DNA of 61,939 bases, filler included, from Sphacelaria rigidula (lineage: Eukaryota), in assembly GCA_964200075.2 (NCBI GenBank). It is 6 parts of 6 records of this genome, joined end to end, with 100 filler letters (N's around TTAATTAATTAA, not from the genome) between each part and the next. Parts side by side here need not be neighbours in the genome. Positions count along the whole stretch, not along the records: positions 20,683 to 30,922 come from CAXNAA020006871.1; positions 31,023 to 41,262 come from CAXNAA020006872.1; 4 more parts are not named here. The stretch is one strand, 5' to 3'. The position numbers and the translations under genes were made by a program. Below the pieces are notes generated by a model. It was not told where the DNA came from. It was given only the letters and a program-made list of their open reading frames with translations, and made no database searches. Positions 20,683 through 34,049 of the stretch are shown piece after piece. How positions within the stretch are numbered: the stretch's first letter is position 1; each line of letters begins with the position of its first letter.

Positions 20683-20986
20683 GGTCAACCGCCTAAGGCA
20701 AGCAACAAATGGGTACGCCCCCCCCCCCGCTCCCCCCCTTCTCATCCGAGGGTTTGCATATAGTTATGGTTTGGGTCACCTGTTCATGGTCGCGGGTTTC
20801 AACCATTTTACAGTGTGTCAACTATCGGACGGATTCAACGACGAATTCCTGCGAACCAACCTTTGCTGCCTGAAAAACAAGAACTGAGCTAGTTCGAGGA
20901 AATACGCGATATACTTCCGCTCCCATGTCTGCCCGCGCTCTTTGTTCTCTACTCGTGCATGCTATATAAGACGATTGCAAACTTCA

Positions 20987-21040
<54 letters not shown>

Positions 21041-21291
21041 ACCCCCGTACCGACACCAAACCCTAACACATACCCCACCCCCACACAAAGACCAATACCC
21101 AACANNNNNNNNNNTTTCGTGATTTTCTAAAAAAGACACCAACTTTCCCAACCCCCCCCCCCCCCCCCCCTCCCCCCCATCTCCTCGTCTTTACGCAAAA
21201 ACATGTATGCATACATGTATCCTAAACATTGTCCTCAGTCCGTGACAACGGCAGACGCAACAGGCGTATAGCATAAACGCACTGCACAGAC

Positions 21292-21592
21292 CTGGCTAGC
21301 GTAAACGATGGGATTGTCCGGCATGCTGGGGTCCGATATGGTGAAGTTTTGCTGACTCTCCATGAGCGCCTGCATGAGGTGGTAATCCGGCTCCAGCAAC
21401 AAACAATTGGGCTCTTTGGCCTCATCCTCGTCATCCGATTGAATTGGTTGGGCTGACCCCGTGCCCTGAGATGATTCGGCGCGAGAAGATGGCGGTAGGG
21501 GGGGGGAAGAAGGCAGAGAAGGAGGTGCGCCTCAAAAATTGAACATGTTTCTTATTATTATCACCATCATTGTGATGATGATTAATATTGCC

Positions 21593-21628
<36 letters not shown>

Positions 21629-24600
21629 AAAACTATGATCATTACTAGCACTAGTGTCGTTATTATAAAATTTACGATCATTGTTATTATCAATATCACT
21701 ACAACATCCTCATCAGTACGTCGAAGCTAATTGTCGTTGTTTTTACCAGTACAATTACCAGTGTTATTACTATTGTTACTGTTATGATGGCTATTGCTGT
21801 TGCCATTGTTCTCGCCACTGTGGTTACTGTTATCATCGTTACCAGCAGGTAGCGACGGCTGCGCGAGGGAGGGTGACGTAAATGGCGTGGAGGGTCGTCC
21901 GTATGTGCATTGAAACATACAAATGTACGCGAAATCCCCCCGAATTACTTGAATATAGTATACTACCGACGTTTTCCTTGTGCCCTCGAGCTTACATATT
22001 ATTGACCGTTTGGGATCAGCCCCCGTAAGCGATACAGCATTACAGTATTGTGACTTCGCGACAGTTGACACGTCAGTTGTAAAAGCTTTTGTCATTGCAG
22101 TCATGGAACCACAATAGAGGAGCAGCTCAACATCAGGCGGGTGTCTTCGGCTTCTCGCACTACTATCGAGTTATCGCTGTCCATCACCACACATCTTGTT
22201 GCGGGCACTGCCCTCACCACCGGCAAGGCGCGTTCCTCATTGCATTTACCGCAACTTGACGCTACCACCCCTAGGCGTGGGGGTGGTGGATTTGAGAGTC
22301 ACGAGGGTGAGCCATCAGGGCGAGTCTGTGGGTTTTGTTCGTGTGAGTGCGTGTGTGTGTAGACGTGGACTCCAGTGGGAAGAAGCAGTAATGGAAAGGG
22401 GGAGACCTGTGGTCTGCGCCATCCTCGGAGTATGACGATACTCCGGGGGGAAAATGGACCATGACTGCGGCGTTCGATTCGCATATTCCCGGAAACATGC
22501 GGAGGGAAGATGCCTTGCCGCATGTTTGTGGGCATGTCTAGGACGAAACATCTACCCTGGTACTCACACACCTTGACTTATTTCAAATAAGCGTGGCCAC
22601 TAACACACAGAGCAGCACAGCAGCCCAACCAACTGCCCACCACCTTTCCAAAGATGAGTAATCTTACGATAGGCGGTAGGGGGCGGGGGGGCGTGCTCAT
22701 GATCTTGCATGCCATACTGTAGTCATATGACCATTGACCTCGTATCCTTACAAAGCCGGAACAGTTATGCTGTGAATGGGGCCCGATTTTGCGCACTATA
22801 CGTCGGGGAAATGGATCGACCAGCTACACAGTCAGTTGAATGCCGAAGAAATGAAACCTAAATGAGCCAATTAGTATAAATCGCAAGTACACGCGTCACT
22901 CGAAGTGACAACCACGCTCATACATAATGTACTATTACTATAGTATATTCCAAGGGCAGGCCGAGTAGAGTATGTACTTTTGAGTACTCGAGTACAATAC
23001 CCGAGTATTTACTCTACTCAACCTTTGAGTAGGTCGAGAACGGCCTCAAATACTCTACTCAAATTTTTCGAGTACAACCTCCAATACTCTACGCAAAATT
23101 TGAGTAGATCGAGTGCGAGCTTCAATACTCTACTCAAATACTGAATAAGCACTCTCAGTAATACTTCGAAGTACTTGAGTATGGAATATCACTTGGGTAT
23201 GATAAGCAACCATGATCATCGGCGACTTCGTGACGCCACTTCACATACTAGGTTGAATACATGGGCGAACGATGGCCATCAAAAAACAAAAAAGGCGTGC
23301 AGGTGAAAGAACCTACCTGCCCCAGCTCACCTGCCCCGCACCCACGGCAGTACATACGTGATACCTCGCAACCCCTCCGATACCACTTTCAGTACAGAGC
23401 GTCACTCATCATTGAGTAATCGAGTAGACGCGTTGTCGGGTAGGTATGATCAAAATGAGCGACTCTACTGGCCGCACATGTGACTACTCCATGGGAGAGT
23501 GAGCGGTGGTACAGCGGGTCCGGCCTCGGATACTCTACCCAACTTTCGAGTAGATTGAGTATGATCTTAAATACTCTACTCAAATTTTGGGTAGATTTAA
23601 TATGACCTCGAATACTCTACTCAATATTTGGGTAGGTCGGGTACGGCCTCAAATACTCTACTCAAAATTCGAGTAGATCGAGTACGACCTCCAATACTCT
23701 ACTCAAGTATTGAGTGAGAACTCTCAGTAATACTTGAGTTTAGAGTATCACTTGGGTACTCGTATGACCTTAATTTGAGTAGGTCGAGTACGACCTCCAA
23801 TACTCTACTCAAATGTTGAGTAAGCACTCTTAGTAATACTTGAGTATAGAGTATAACTTGGATATGACCTCAATATTTTACTCAAATTTTGAGTAGATTG
23901 AGTACGGCCTCAAATACTCTGCTCAAAATTTGAGTGCTAAAACTATGACTCTTCGAAAACACGGAGTATCGAGTATACTCTACTCGACCTGCCCTTGGTA
24001 CATTCTACAACAACCCTGTGATGGACGTTACTGTACACCTGTACACAGGATTACAACAAGAGGAGGATAGAAGCTGCTGCTCGTGTTGTTGTTGTACTCC
24101 TCTTGTTGCAGTATGTTGTTGTGCCTATCTTTCAACCGGCTAACTCGGTAATCAAGCAGAGGATTGGACTGCGGTTTGATGCGTGCGCTTCCCACACACC
24201 GGAACGGGCGACTACAGGGACAGTTTTTCGGAACGCGCGCTGCAGAGGCCGCAGCGCTCTGCAAACCACTGTACCAAACGCAAAATGTACTCAAAAACGC
24301 GTTTCCTTCAACGCCTTGGGGCTTTTTGAATCCGCTGTGGCGAATTGGTCAAATCGGCTCCTATAGTCCCTACGTCTAATGCGTATGCGGGGGGGCGTGA
24401 AGTGCCGCGGGCCGGTTGGATTCCTGTGTCGAGAATGAGGCGATGAAAAAATTACAGCTGTCTCATACTAAACATAGGTAACTCGGGATGGAGCGTGTGC
24501 TCTGTTCAGCGGAGGTTAAGCAGAAGTTCGGCACAGGTCCGGGCAGTTCATGACGTCTTCATTACTCCTCCATTTTATTTTTTTATTTCATCTTGCCCAC

Positions 24601-27565
24601 GGATTTCTGGTCGCTGGGGTCTTCATTCACGAGCATAGCAGTGGGAGGGCGGGGGAATTTCGGGTCGTTTCTTCCACAAAAATGTTACTTCAAATTGTGA
24701 TTTAAAGTAGCTTGGTACCAGCAACACACACTCATCCATTCCGCTTGGCGCCGATTTTACCGAAATACAAGAACACCGCGAGCGCGTTAGGCCGTCTGAC
24801 AGACCCCATTTTCGGTGGAATCAAACACGCCCCTCCCCCCACCCCCTATCGTAGGATCACAAGGATGCCTATTATAGGATGGAGTGCGGAATAACCTGAA
24901 GAGGTCCCCAATACCCTTGATGTATTCACCAAATATAACTATTCCGGGTCCTCCACGAGCAAGCCCGTACGCCTGGAGTCCAAAACGAGTTTACACTAGC
25001 CGCGCCCCAGTGTTATGAATTAATTAGGTACAAGTGACACCATTAGGGTGGGAAAAACGCAGGTTTGATTCCCGCCCAGATGCGTTTGGGTCTGTTCAAG
25101 GTACAGTACTACTGTACAGTATACTACGGTATCTCATTTCCGTCGTTGAAAACGTGATGACGTACGTGAGGACGTGACGAGCAAGAACAGTTTGTACGGC
25201 TGAGTTAGTTCGACGAGAAACGACGCTATGCGGGAGTGCTGATAATCATGACCCAACCGGCGAGACCAAAATGCGAGGCGTGTACAGGGGAGATATGGGT
25301 AAATCCCTCTCTCTCTCTATAAATATATCTGCACGCCTATAAATGCCTAGCTCGATATGGCGGCGCCGTGCTTGGGCCGCAACGACCGCCGAGATGTGTG
25401 CTCAGCCAACTTGATCACGTCCGAGCGCTTCTAAACCCAACGTTTGGGCACAAGCGCGATTAGTACCTACACGAGCGAGTGCTACAACAGTTGCGAACAC
25501 GTGAAATATACTATTATCTAGACACAAAAAACACACTCTTTTGGTGCGGGAAGCAAAAGCTCATCTCTCCACTTCGGTTTAGTCACATACAAGCCGGTCG
25601 CCCCGGTGGCTCAGTGAGTAACCTCGGAACCTTTTGACGATTGGGTAGTGGGTTCAAATCTCGGAGCGATCCGGGATTTTTCCTCACACCATGCCCAACA
25701 GTAGTGGAGAGCGACTTTGTCGTGGGTACACAAAATTCGACTTAACGGTCGACGAGGGAAAGGGAGTGTTGAATCCCTCTCGCGATAGAAAATAAAAGGC
25801 AAGCATTGCAGAAGGAAGGTGGAGTATTAAAAACAAACAAAAAAGCAAGAAAAAAAAAACACCCATGTTGACCTTTCTCCTGTGTGACCCCGGCTGGTGC
25901 GCCCACATATACCGAAAGGTGTTGACCAGCGTCCAGAATAGACGGGACGGCAACACATACAGATGAGCCAAAACAGTGAGCTCGCTCCAAGCTTCGGGAT
26001 TCCGTTCGCGCGTACCAAACGTTGTCCTACCCCCCAAATATGTTTTTCTTATTTTTTTTTCAAGAGGAAGTGAAGAAAAAAAAAACGTGTGATCGTCGGC
26101 AACAACAAATTTCGTTGATTGTGAAAAAGAGGTCTGTCTCTTCAGGGAACACATTGCTGGTACGATTTGTCGGCGCACTCTGGGTTTCGGGACTACTACA
26201 GCGTCACTACTTATTGAAGCTCGGCAAAATACATTTGACCAAACGAAAATTCGGGAAAATAGGTACTGCTGGCGCAGACACCCCATGAGTCACGCTTTAT
26301 TTGGCCGTGCTATGTCCACAACAGCCCGTGCGCGATCAAGGTCTGACCATTGTGGTAACCAAGGAGGACAGCATACGACACACGGCAAAGTTCTCTCTCT
26401 CTACATATATATATATATATATGTGTGTGGCATTTGTATACTTCTGTGGATGAACGGAGCATAAAAAACAAAATCATAGGCTTATCGTACCGTGGCGTGA
26501 TTTTCGATGCGAGGCCTGCCATCGTTCTGTACATATACTTGCGTAGTATTTCACCGACAAACGAACGGGGAAACAAAAAGGGAATAGGAGGGGAGGGTGA
26601 GTTTCTACTTGGCTATGGCGTGTGTTTAGTTGGTTGGTTACTCGTCGTTCTCGATTTCTAATTCTTTGTTGTTCTGAATCTCACGATCGCGATTCGATCA
26701 TTAATTTGTTTGACTGCCTCTACTCCAATTTGAGGAATCTCACTGTTTCCTTCACTGTACTACTTTGGGTGAAAAATGCTAATAATCGTTTCTTCTTCTT
26801 GGATACCTTCCCGGACAAGACGAGCGCCTTCTCGTTGATGCACTTTTCGAATACTGCCGCAGCTTCGTCAGGCATGTTTTCCTTCACCACCTGTTGACAC
26901 GGGAACGAGCGAACATCAAGCAGGCAGACAAGCAAATGGACATGGAATCAAACAACAGGCCTGATTCGCAAATAAAACGAAAAAGAAGAAAAAAAACGCA
27001 AGAAAATATTCAAAATCAACAATACCAACGGCCGCTTCCCCAACCGTTTACAACACACACCCAAAATTAAGAGCCAAAACAGACGGGAAGAGACGAGGAA
27101 GACGAATAATGTAACATGGCTAACAAAAATCTCCAAGGGCAAGTCGAGTAGAGTATGTGTTTTTGAATACTCGGGTAAAATACCCGGGTGTTTACTCTAC
27201 ACAACGTTTGGGTAGATCGGGTACGGCGTGAATACTCCACTCAAGTTTTGGGTAAATTGAGTACGACCTCAAATACTCTACTCAAATATTGGGTAAGTGC
27301 TCTCAGTAATACTCGAGTATAGAGCATCACTTGGGCATTAGTGATCTACTCAAAATTTGAGTATATTGAGCGTGACCTCGAAAACTCTACTCAAATTTTG
27401 GGTAGATTGAGCATGACCTCAAATACTAATTACCGCTAAAGAACAAACACAACAAAAAAATCTCTGCTTGTGCCCGAACAACTTTCATGCCTCGAATATC
27501 TGTTTTTCGGTTTGTTCCCGGTTTCGGAAACAAAACTAAAAAAATTAGGGGGGGGACAACAAATC

Positions 27566-27602
<37 letters not shown>

Positions 27603-30583
27603 ACAACAACACGGGAGAAGGGGCAACAAAAAAAAGACACAACACACAAAGAGCACCCCCCCCCCCACCCNNNNNNNNNNCTCCAATATTCTTTTTTTGG
27701 GTTTTTCCCCGTTTCCGAAAAAAAACTAAAAAAATTAGGGGGGGGACAACAAATCTCCCCCCCCCCCCCCCACTCCCTTCTCCGTCTCGAAAGATATGCG
27801 TGGTGAATGGTCAAACGACTAAGGCAAGCAACAAATGAGGATCCCCCACCCCCTCCCACAAAAAGTGGACTCAGTACTGAAAAAGAATAGCTTCGGTAAC
27901 GAAAAAAAAGTTCACTTCCACGGAATCATCGGTTTGGGTCCTGTGAAAAGAAAAAACAAGAAACCGAAGAACGGATTTTGGTTTTACCTGTCGCAGAGCC
28001 ATGTTTTGCTTTCGCATGGCGAGCAGCTGCTCTTGCAAGCACTCCAGCATGAATTTCTTGCGAATCCGTGATCGCTTCGCGTGCTCCCGGTTTCGTTCCT
28101 GAAATTTGACACGGGACGCGGGACGCGGGACACGGGACACATGAAAACAGAGCATGAAGCAATGCAAGGAGTAACACAAACGAAAACACTGAGCACAAAT
28201 ATAACGAGAGACTCCAGGACGCGAAAACAAAATAAGTACAACAAATGTATACACACACGAAAGGATCGGACGGCGACTAAAGAGGTTGAACCACCTACAG
28301 TAGTGGGCGGTCTAACTATGTAGGAATGTTCTGGGATTTTCCTCGCGTACTACTCTTCGATAGAAGTCGAAATTGCTAGCGCCGGTAGATTTTGGTACAG
28401 CACAACAGACCATCCTCAAAGTACAGTGCCCGAGTCAGTGTATGTTGGTGTTATCGGGCGAAACGAGTAAACACCCCGTTCATCAGGAGAGTGTTATTGA
28501 CCGTGAAACACAGTTTCTCGGCCCTAGTGCAATGAGTAGGCAGAATCTCACAAAAATGAAACTGCACATTTATTTTAAAATATGATCAGGACGGGTTCGA
28601 TCAACCGAAAATACAGAAGAGTAAGAATATGGGCTGAAACGTGGCAGGACCCCCGATGACCGGTCAGCCCGTAAGTCACTCAATATTGAGTGCAGATGAT
28701 TTTTTCTTGTTGGAATGTGGAGCGGATACAAATACCTTTAGATTCCCGATGTGATGAGCTATGGCAAGCGGAAAGAGCCCAACAAAATCGCCTATCACGA
28801 AAAAATCACAAAATGCCACAAAATAAATAGTTAGATCGCCCACTACTGTACGAGAAATAATAGACGGGAGGAGAAAAACAGGTGAACAATGAATCTTGGA
28901 AAATGACACATCCAGTTGTAAAAGGCACATGTAATAATAAAATGATGACGTTTGCGAAAATGAAACCTATCCTGCAAAGTGGAAAATATTATTGTTTTAT
29001 AACAATTGCTGATTTCACTGATATGGTCATGTTGCGCGACCTTCATGACAACTTTTCATGCACATCACGTGGTGCTCTAGATGTGCTCATACACATGTAT
29101 AAGGATTTCGGCGGCTTACGCCGCCACGCTCAGTGGATCGACAGCCAAAATAGATGGGAGCCGGCGATAGCTATGTGCGTTGCGTAGTGGCATATGTCAT
29201 AGCATGAAGACAAATCCATAGCTGCTCATCAGCTCAGCACGTTGTGCGTCACCTCGCACAAATTTGTTCATAACGCAATGAGAGACGATATCAACAAAGA
29301 ACGAAAGCAGCACAGTTGACAAGGTGCGACACGCATGTAAAATCAAAACACGCTCGAGGTTCGCCTGCTCTGCCCCCAGAGGCAGGCTATGTTCAGTAGA
29401 GAGCAGTGACACGCTGACCGTCCCATACCGTCAGCGTGAAGCGAGGCGTTCTCTCAACTCCAACATGATGCCGACTCCACAAATGAACATTTGTTGCCCT
29501 CGTTTGCAGCCCGAAGAGGAACATAGCTGTCCTGTGGACAGAGGCACAATGCAATAGCTTGACACACAACTCAACACAATCAGTGAACCTGAGCAACCCT
29601 TTGGAACACAATCTTGGACAATTCAGTGGATGGCAAGTACGACTACAGTACATGGAAAACATCTTCACGGCGTGGGTGACGTCTCATGCGGAGGTTGGGC
29701 CCATGGTTGGATTCAGAACTAAAATCGAGTGATTGTCCATCGCCTACTTGGCTAGCGACCGATGTGCTCTTGACCGTATGTGCTGTATACTCACAGTACG
29801 CAACAGTCGCATCACCTGGGCAGACGCTTTTCTTTCCTCGATAGTTCATCAATTAACGCAGCCTTCTTGGCCGTTCTACCCTGATCGTCGAGCAATGTAC
29901 CCATGTGATTGTTTCAGTCTCAGCCGCCCGTGTGTTCACGCACACACACACACACACACACGGTTATTTGATCATTTGCGCCGCGATTGCTGAGAAGGGG
30001 TGAGTAAAACGACCCATGAATGATCAGCGCACCAGAGAAAAAAACACTTGGTCTTTTGGTTCCGTGACAATACCCTCCCGTTGAGCAACGAGGCACATAC
30101 ACACAAAAAGATGCATGCAAAAGCAGCGCATAGCACAGAAAATAAAAAATAATAGACGCACAACTCTCAACAGCGAACGGGCAATACACACACACACAAC
30201 ACAGAACACTCGAACGAAAACAAAGACAATACGTACATCGCCATACTTTTCTTTCACGAACTAAAGTAGCTGATCAACCAACCACCCAACCAAACACAAC
30301 CAACCAATCAACCGATCATTCGATGAATCACCCGTCGTTCCAGTTTCTGTCGCTCCACCGCAGATTTTCCGCCCGAGTCTCCCGCCTCACCCATCGAGAA
30401 CATGCCGCCGCCGGCCCCACGGGGCTCCATCCCGCCCATTTCCGTATCCTCTAGCTCGCGTTTTACGCCTCTACCGCCCACGGCAGCCCCTGCCGCCACG
30501 CCTATTCCTATCCCGATTCCGCGGCTTGGTACACGCGTCGCGGTGTCCGGTGGTGGGTCACCGTCACTGCCGACCGCGCGCAG
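21292..30583 (-). CDS. AUREO: Aureochrome (bZIP-LOV blue-light transcription factor), partial spliced gene; exons ~30583-30332, 28098-27988, 26890-26807, 21465-21292
   Basis: GT-AG phase-0 joins give QKLERR|ERNREHAKRSRIRKKFMLECLQEQLLAMRKQNMALRQ|VVKENMPDEAAAVFEKCINEKALVLSGK|GTGS...LLEPDYHLMQALMESQQNFTISDPSMPDNPIVYASQ (bZIP followed by the start of a LOV domain); both gene ends lie off-contig. Confidence 0.92.
21550..21845. repeat. Compound trinucleotide low-complexity tract (intronic)
   Basis: (ACT)n, (GCT)n and (TTA/TTG)n runs. Confidence 0.8.
22951..23997. mobile_element. Non-autonomous hAT-like element with ~41-bp internal repeats
   Basis: TIRs CAAGGGCAGGCCGAGTAGAGTAT / ATACTCTACTCGACCTGCCCTTG; 8-bp TSD GTATATTC/GTACATTC. 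Confidence 0.85.
25595..25985 (+). mobile_element. tRNA-derived SINE family B
   Basis: A box TGGCTCAGTGAG and B box GGTTCAAATCTC; body shared with ~37527-37700; 3' end approximate. Confidence 0.75.
27134..27427 (+). mobile_element. Truncated second copy of the hAT-like element
   Basis: CAAGGGCAAGTCGAGTAGAGTATG terminus plus the same TACTCTACTCAAA repeats. Confidence 0.75.
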
Positions 30584-30852
30584 CTGTTGCCGCTTTTGTT
30601 TCAGGATTTTGGGGGCGGATATGAAAAAACAAAAAAAATGCAAGACCCAAAAAGAAGAAGGAGTCAGTGATGTGTACTAGTGCACGCGGTAGCCAGTCTT
30701 CCGTGGGAGCAAAACCCTCCTTATTTGGCGTTGATTAACGTGGTTGATTTGGGCACGGTGTGATAACACACCTGGCACAAAAAGACACAAGAAGACAGTA
30801 ACAGTAACAGCAAGTGATCTACGGACCAATGATAGCAGCATGCTCCGTGGTC

Positions 30853-30922
30853 GGTCGCCCCGGTGGCTCAGTTGGTAACCTCGTAACCTTCTGACGGTTG
30901 AGTAGTGGGGTTCAATTCCTGG
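30853..30922 (+). mobile_element. SINE family B head, cut by the contig end
   Basis: GGTCGCCCCGGTGGCTCAGTTGGTAACCTCG...GGTTCAATTCC. Confidence 0.7.
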
Positions 30923-31022
30923 NNNNNNNNNNNNNNNNNNNNNNNNNNNNNNNNNNNNNNNNNNNNTTAATTAATTAANNNNNNNNNNNNNNNNNNNNNN
31001 NNNNNNNNNNNNNNNNNNNNNN
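30923..31022. other. Artificial contig spacer
   Basis: N44-TTAATTAATTAA-N44. Confidence 0.97.
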
Positions 31023-31692
31023 GCCTTGTATGGCCACCTCCGCCGTGGCTGTATTGAGAACCGGTTTCGCGGTGGAACTGTTGAACAACACTACTGTTGT
31101 AGTGCAACGCGCTTTCAATATTCGAGCCGTTTTTATTTTTTTAATTTTTAAGGCGCGGCAGCTGTAGTTTGAAAATCCCTTTTAACGGTCCCAAACGGGT
31201 TCTGATGCAGCGACGGAAAGCGCTGGCACCCTCCCTTCAGATGGGATTTGAGACACCTGTGGGGGGTATTTGGTGAAGATCGCTCGGAATGAAATATGTA
31301 GACGGTATTCAGGGGTATCGGAAGTACATGCTCCCCTGTTCAAAACCGTAATTTCCTTGCTCGAACACTCTACACCTGTTCAACAATGAACGACCGCTTT
31401 CCAAGAAAACAACCCGGTATTTCAGGACTTCCCCTGGGGTCTAGTTCAAACGCTGAACTTGTCTCAAATCCCATCTGAAGGGAGGGTGCCAGCGCTTTCC
31501 GTCGCTGCATCAGCACCCGTTTAGGATCGTCAGAAGGGATATTCAAACTACAGCTGCTGCGCCTTAAAAATTAAAAAAATAAAAACGGCTCGAATATTGA
31601 AAGCGCGTTGCACTACAACAGTAGTGTTGTTCAACAGTTCCACCGCGAAACCGGTTCTCAATACAGCAACGGCGGAGGTGGCCATACAAGGC
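31023..31692. repeat. Long inverted repeat (233-bp arms at 31023-31255 and 31460-31692)
   Basis: Near-perfect reverse complements with a few mismatches; ~200-bp spacer. Confidence 0.9.
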
Positions 31693-32308
31693 GTGATAGC
31701 TGGTTCAGACCAGATGAAGTGCCTCGCATGGGCACTACTGGGGAAACAACCCCAGGCGTCGGATAACCCTTACCCCCGTTGTGTGAGGCTGCAACTTTAT
31801 CGTGGGGCATCCATTTAATCCAACTGACCACTGTACTGTGGTGATGCTGTGCTGTGGTGATGGTATATCTCAGCAGACTGCTGAATGACGCTGCGTTTCA
31901 AAAATCGTTCGCGTCTGCCGCCGCATTGGATCGTTTTGCTGACGGCGGTCGCCGCCGGCGCAACAGTAGGAAGTCTCTCTCAGATACGCAACAAGAGGCG
32001 CTCGAAACCTCGATGACTAGTCCGAAGAAGTATGTTTTCAGCATGCTTTGTTACGTGTTCCGCAGCGCTTAGACGCAAGGGTTGCTCGATAGATGCGACA
32101 CAATGAATGAGGGCACCTTTTCGGTTTGACTGCACACCATCATGCTTTCACTCCAGTGCAGAAACTTCTTGGTTAGGGGCACATGATCGAAACCGGTTGC
32201 GACTCCCGAGCCTTTTGAACAAAGTAAATGGAATTTCGATGGTCCGTCAAACCTCATAAAAATGCTGAACCCCAATAACGATTCCAGGCTGTTTGTGAAA
32301 TTGGAATT

Positions 32309-32792
32309 GAGGATGAGAAACCCGGAGAATTGAAACATTCGTATCCACACCAAGTATTCGAAATATAGTTTCATTTCCTCAGTTGCTGGTACCTATTGAC
32401 AACTAATTCACGCTACACAAATTTCGACTTCGAAAGCCGAAATGATGGGGTCCTAGGTGAAAACTCATCTAGGGGAATTGCGGCGGTCTGATCGTATCAT
32501 CTACTTTCCCCAAAATTGATTCTTCACGTAGGACCCCATCATGTCTGTCATCAGGATCCAAATTTGTATGGCATTTGGCAGTTGTTAGGCTTTGAGTTAT
32601 TATGCTAGCACGGTTTTACTTAATAGCGACCCAACATTATTTTCAAGATAAAAGAATTCTTCAAAAACCGTGCTAGCATAATAAGTAAAAGCCTAGCAGT
32701 TGTCGATAGCTACCAGTAGGTGAAGGTGTGGAACTATATTTCGAAGATTTGGTGTGGATACGAAGATTTTAATTCTTCGGGTTCTCATCCTC
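32309..32792. mobile_element. MITE with ~95-bp imperfect TIRs
   Basis: GAGGATGAGAAACCCGGAGAATT ... AATTCTTCGGGTTCTCATCCTC; ATT on both flanks. Confidence 0.65.
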
Positions 32793-34049
32793 ATTGTTGA
32801 TAGCATAGTGACTAGTGCAGGCGCCGTGCTCGTCCTTTGAGGGTTATTTTGTTTTTACGGAAAGTCGGGGAAGGTACGGCACGGGTGTAATTCGTGCGCC
32901 AAAGACATGGCACGGGCACATCGCATCTCAACGTCCACCGGTGGAGTACTGTTATTTTTTATTTTTAATGCTCACGTCACATTAGCTCGATTCCTCGAAC
33001 ACTCTAGTTTGATCCCTTTGAATCGTGATCACGGGGTACAAAGAGCATACCACCCATCACCATAAAACGAAGAGTTGGCAGAAAAAGTATCTGCACAAAA
33101 GTGGTGAACAATAAGAACGAGCCCGCGAAAACCGATCGAACTACAAGGAACACGCTGCAAGCTGAAAAATTGCCGGTGTGCGATCTAGATGACCAACTTG
33201 CCACCTACTGCTGTATAGACGTGTAGTGACAGCAAAAGCATACATCGAAATGTCGCAGGGAACAAGAACCAATCCTTAATAGAGCTAGTAATGTTGGACA
33301 GGAGCCCAGGTTCAAGTAAGTAAGGAAATGGCTTCATCACCAACGCATCAACTGTAATATCAACTGACCTGACTCAACATCAATATCAAGCGACTTGATC
33401 ACCCTACGAGTATTACTAGTTCAGTGTAACTTCCCTGAGCTAATCCAAGTTCGAGAAACTTGATCTTCCCGCCCTAAAATCAGATAGTTCATGATTAAAC
33501 TAGCTACACATAGAACTCAGGACCCTTCCCCCCCCGCCCCGCCTCCCCCGCTTGGCCCCCCAAGAGCCGGGAAAAAGAAAGAGCAGGCACGGTTGGTGGA
33601 AATGTATTTTACCACGTTTCTGTACGAGCAAAGTAAGGTGAAGCTCAGGAACAGATAACGACGCAACGCCGAAAGAAACGGAGCCCAAGACGAGAAGAAA
33701 TGAAGCCGCTGAACAGTCACAGATGCTGCCGAAAGCTGACGTGAATGATATCGGATGTGAAGAAGTCGGTCATGTTTTGAATGTAGGCATCTGGGTTTGG
33801 AACACATCGCAGTAGAAAGAAGGTAGGCAAGGGACAGAGTAAAGGAACGACGAGGCGTGAACAAGCGTGGAGGCTAGCGATTGCACTAAGGCATCTTGAA
33901 AGCAAAAACAAAGTTGCCACCGATAAATTCAAGAATTGATGAAGGTGGGAGAGGGCAGAATAAAAATGAGCCTATACATGGTAGAAAAGAGGTTAAACGG
34001 CGTAAAGAAGTGTCCGGTGGTGGTGCTTGTTGTAGGTGGTGGTTCAGCG

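Noticed and set aside
20985..21180. Poly-Pro/poly-Gly ORFs around long C-runs (also 27500-27780)
   Set aside because: Low-quality homopolymer sequence next to 10-N gaps, with local duplication across the gap.
22951..23997. CRISPR array
   Set aside because: Degenerate tandem units with no unique spacers and no cas genes; enclosed by TIRs and a TSD.
25595..25670. tRNA genes (also 30853, 37440, 40010)
   Set aside because: A and B boxes are present but there is no convincing cloverleaf, and they are attached to conserved SINE bodies.
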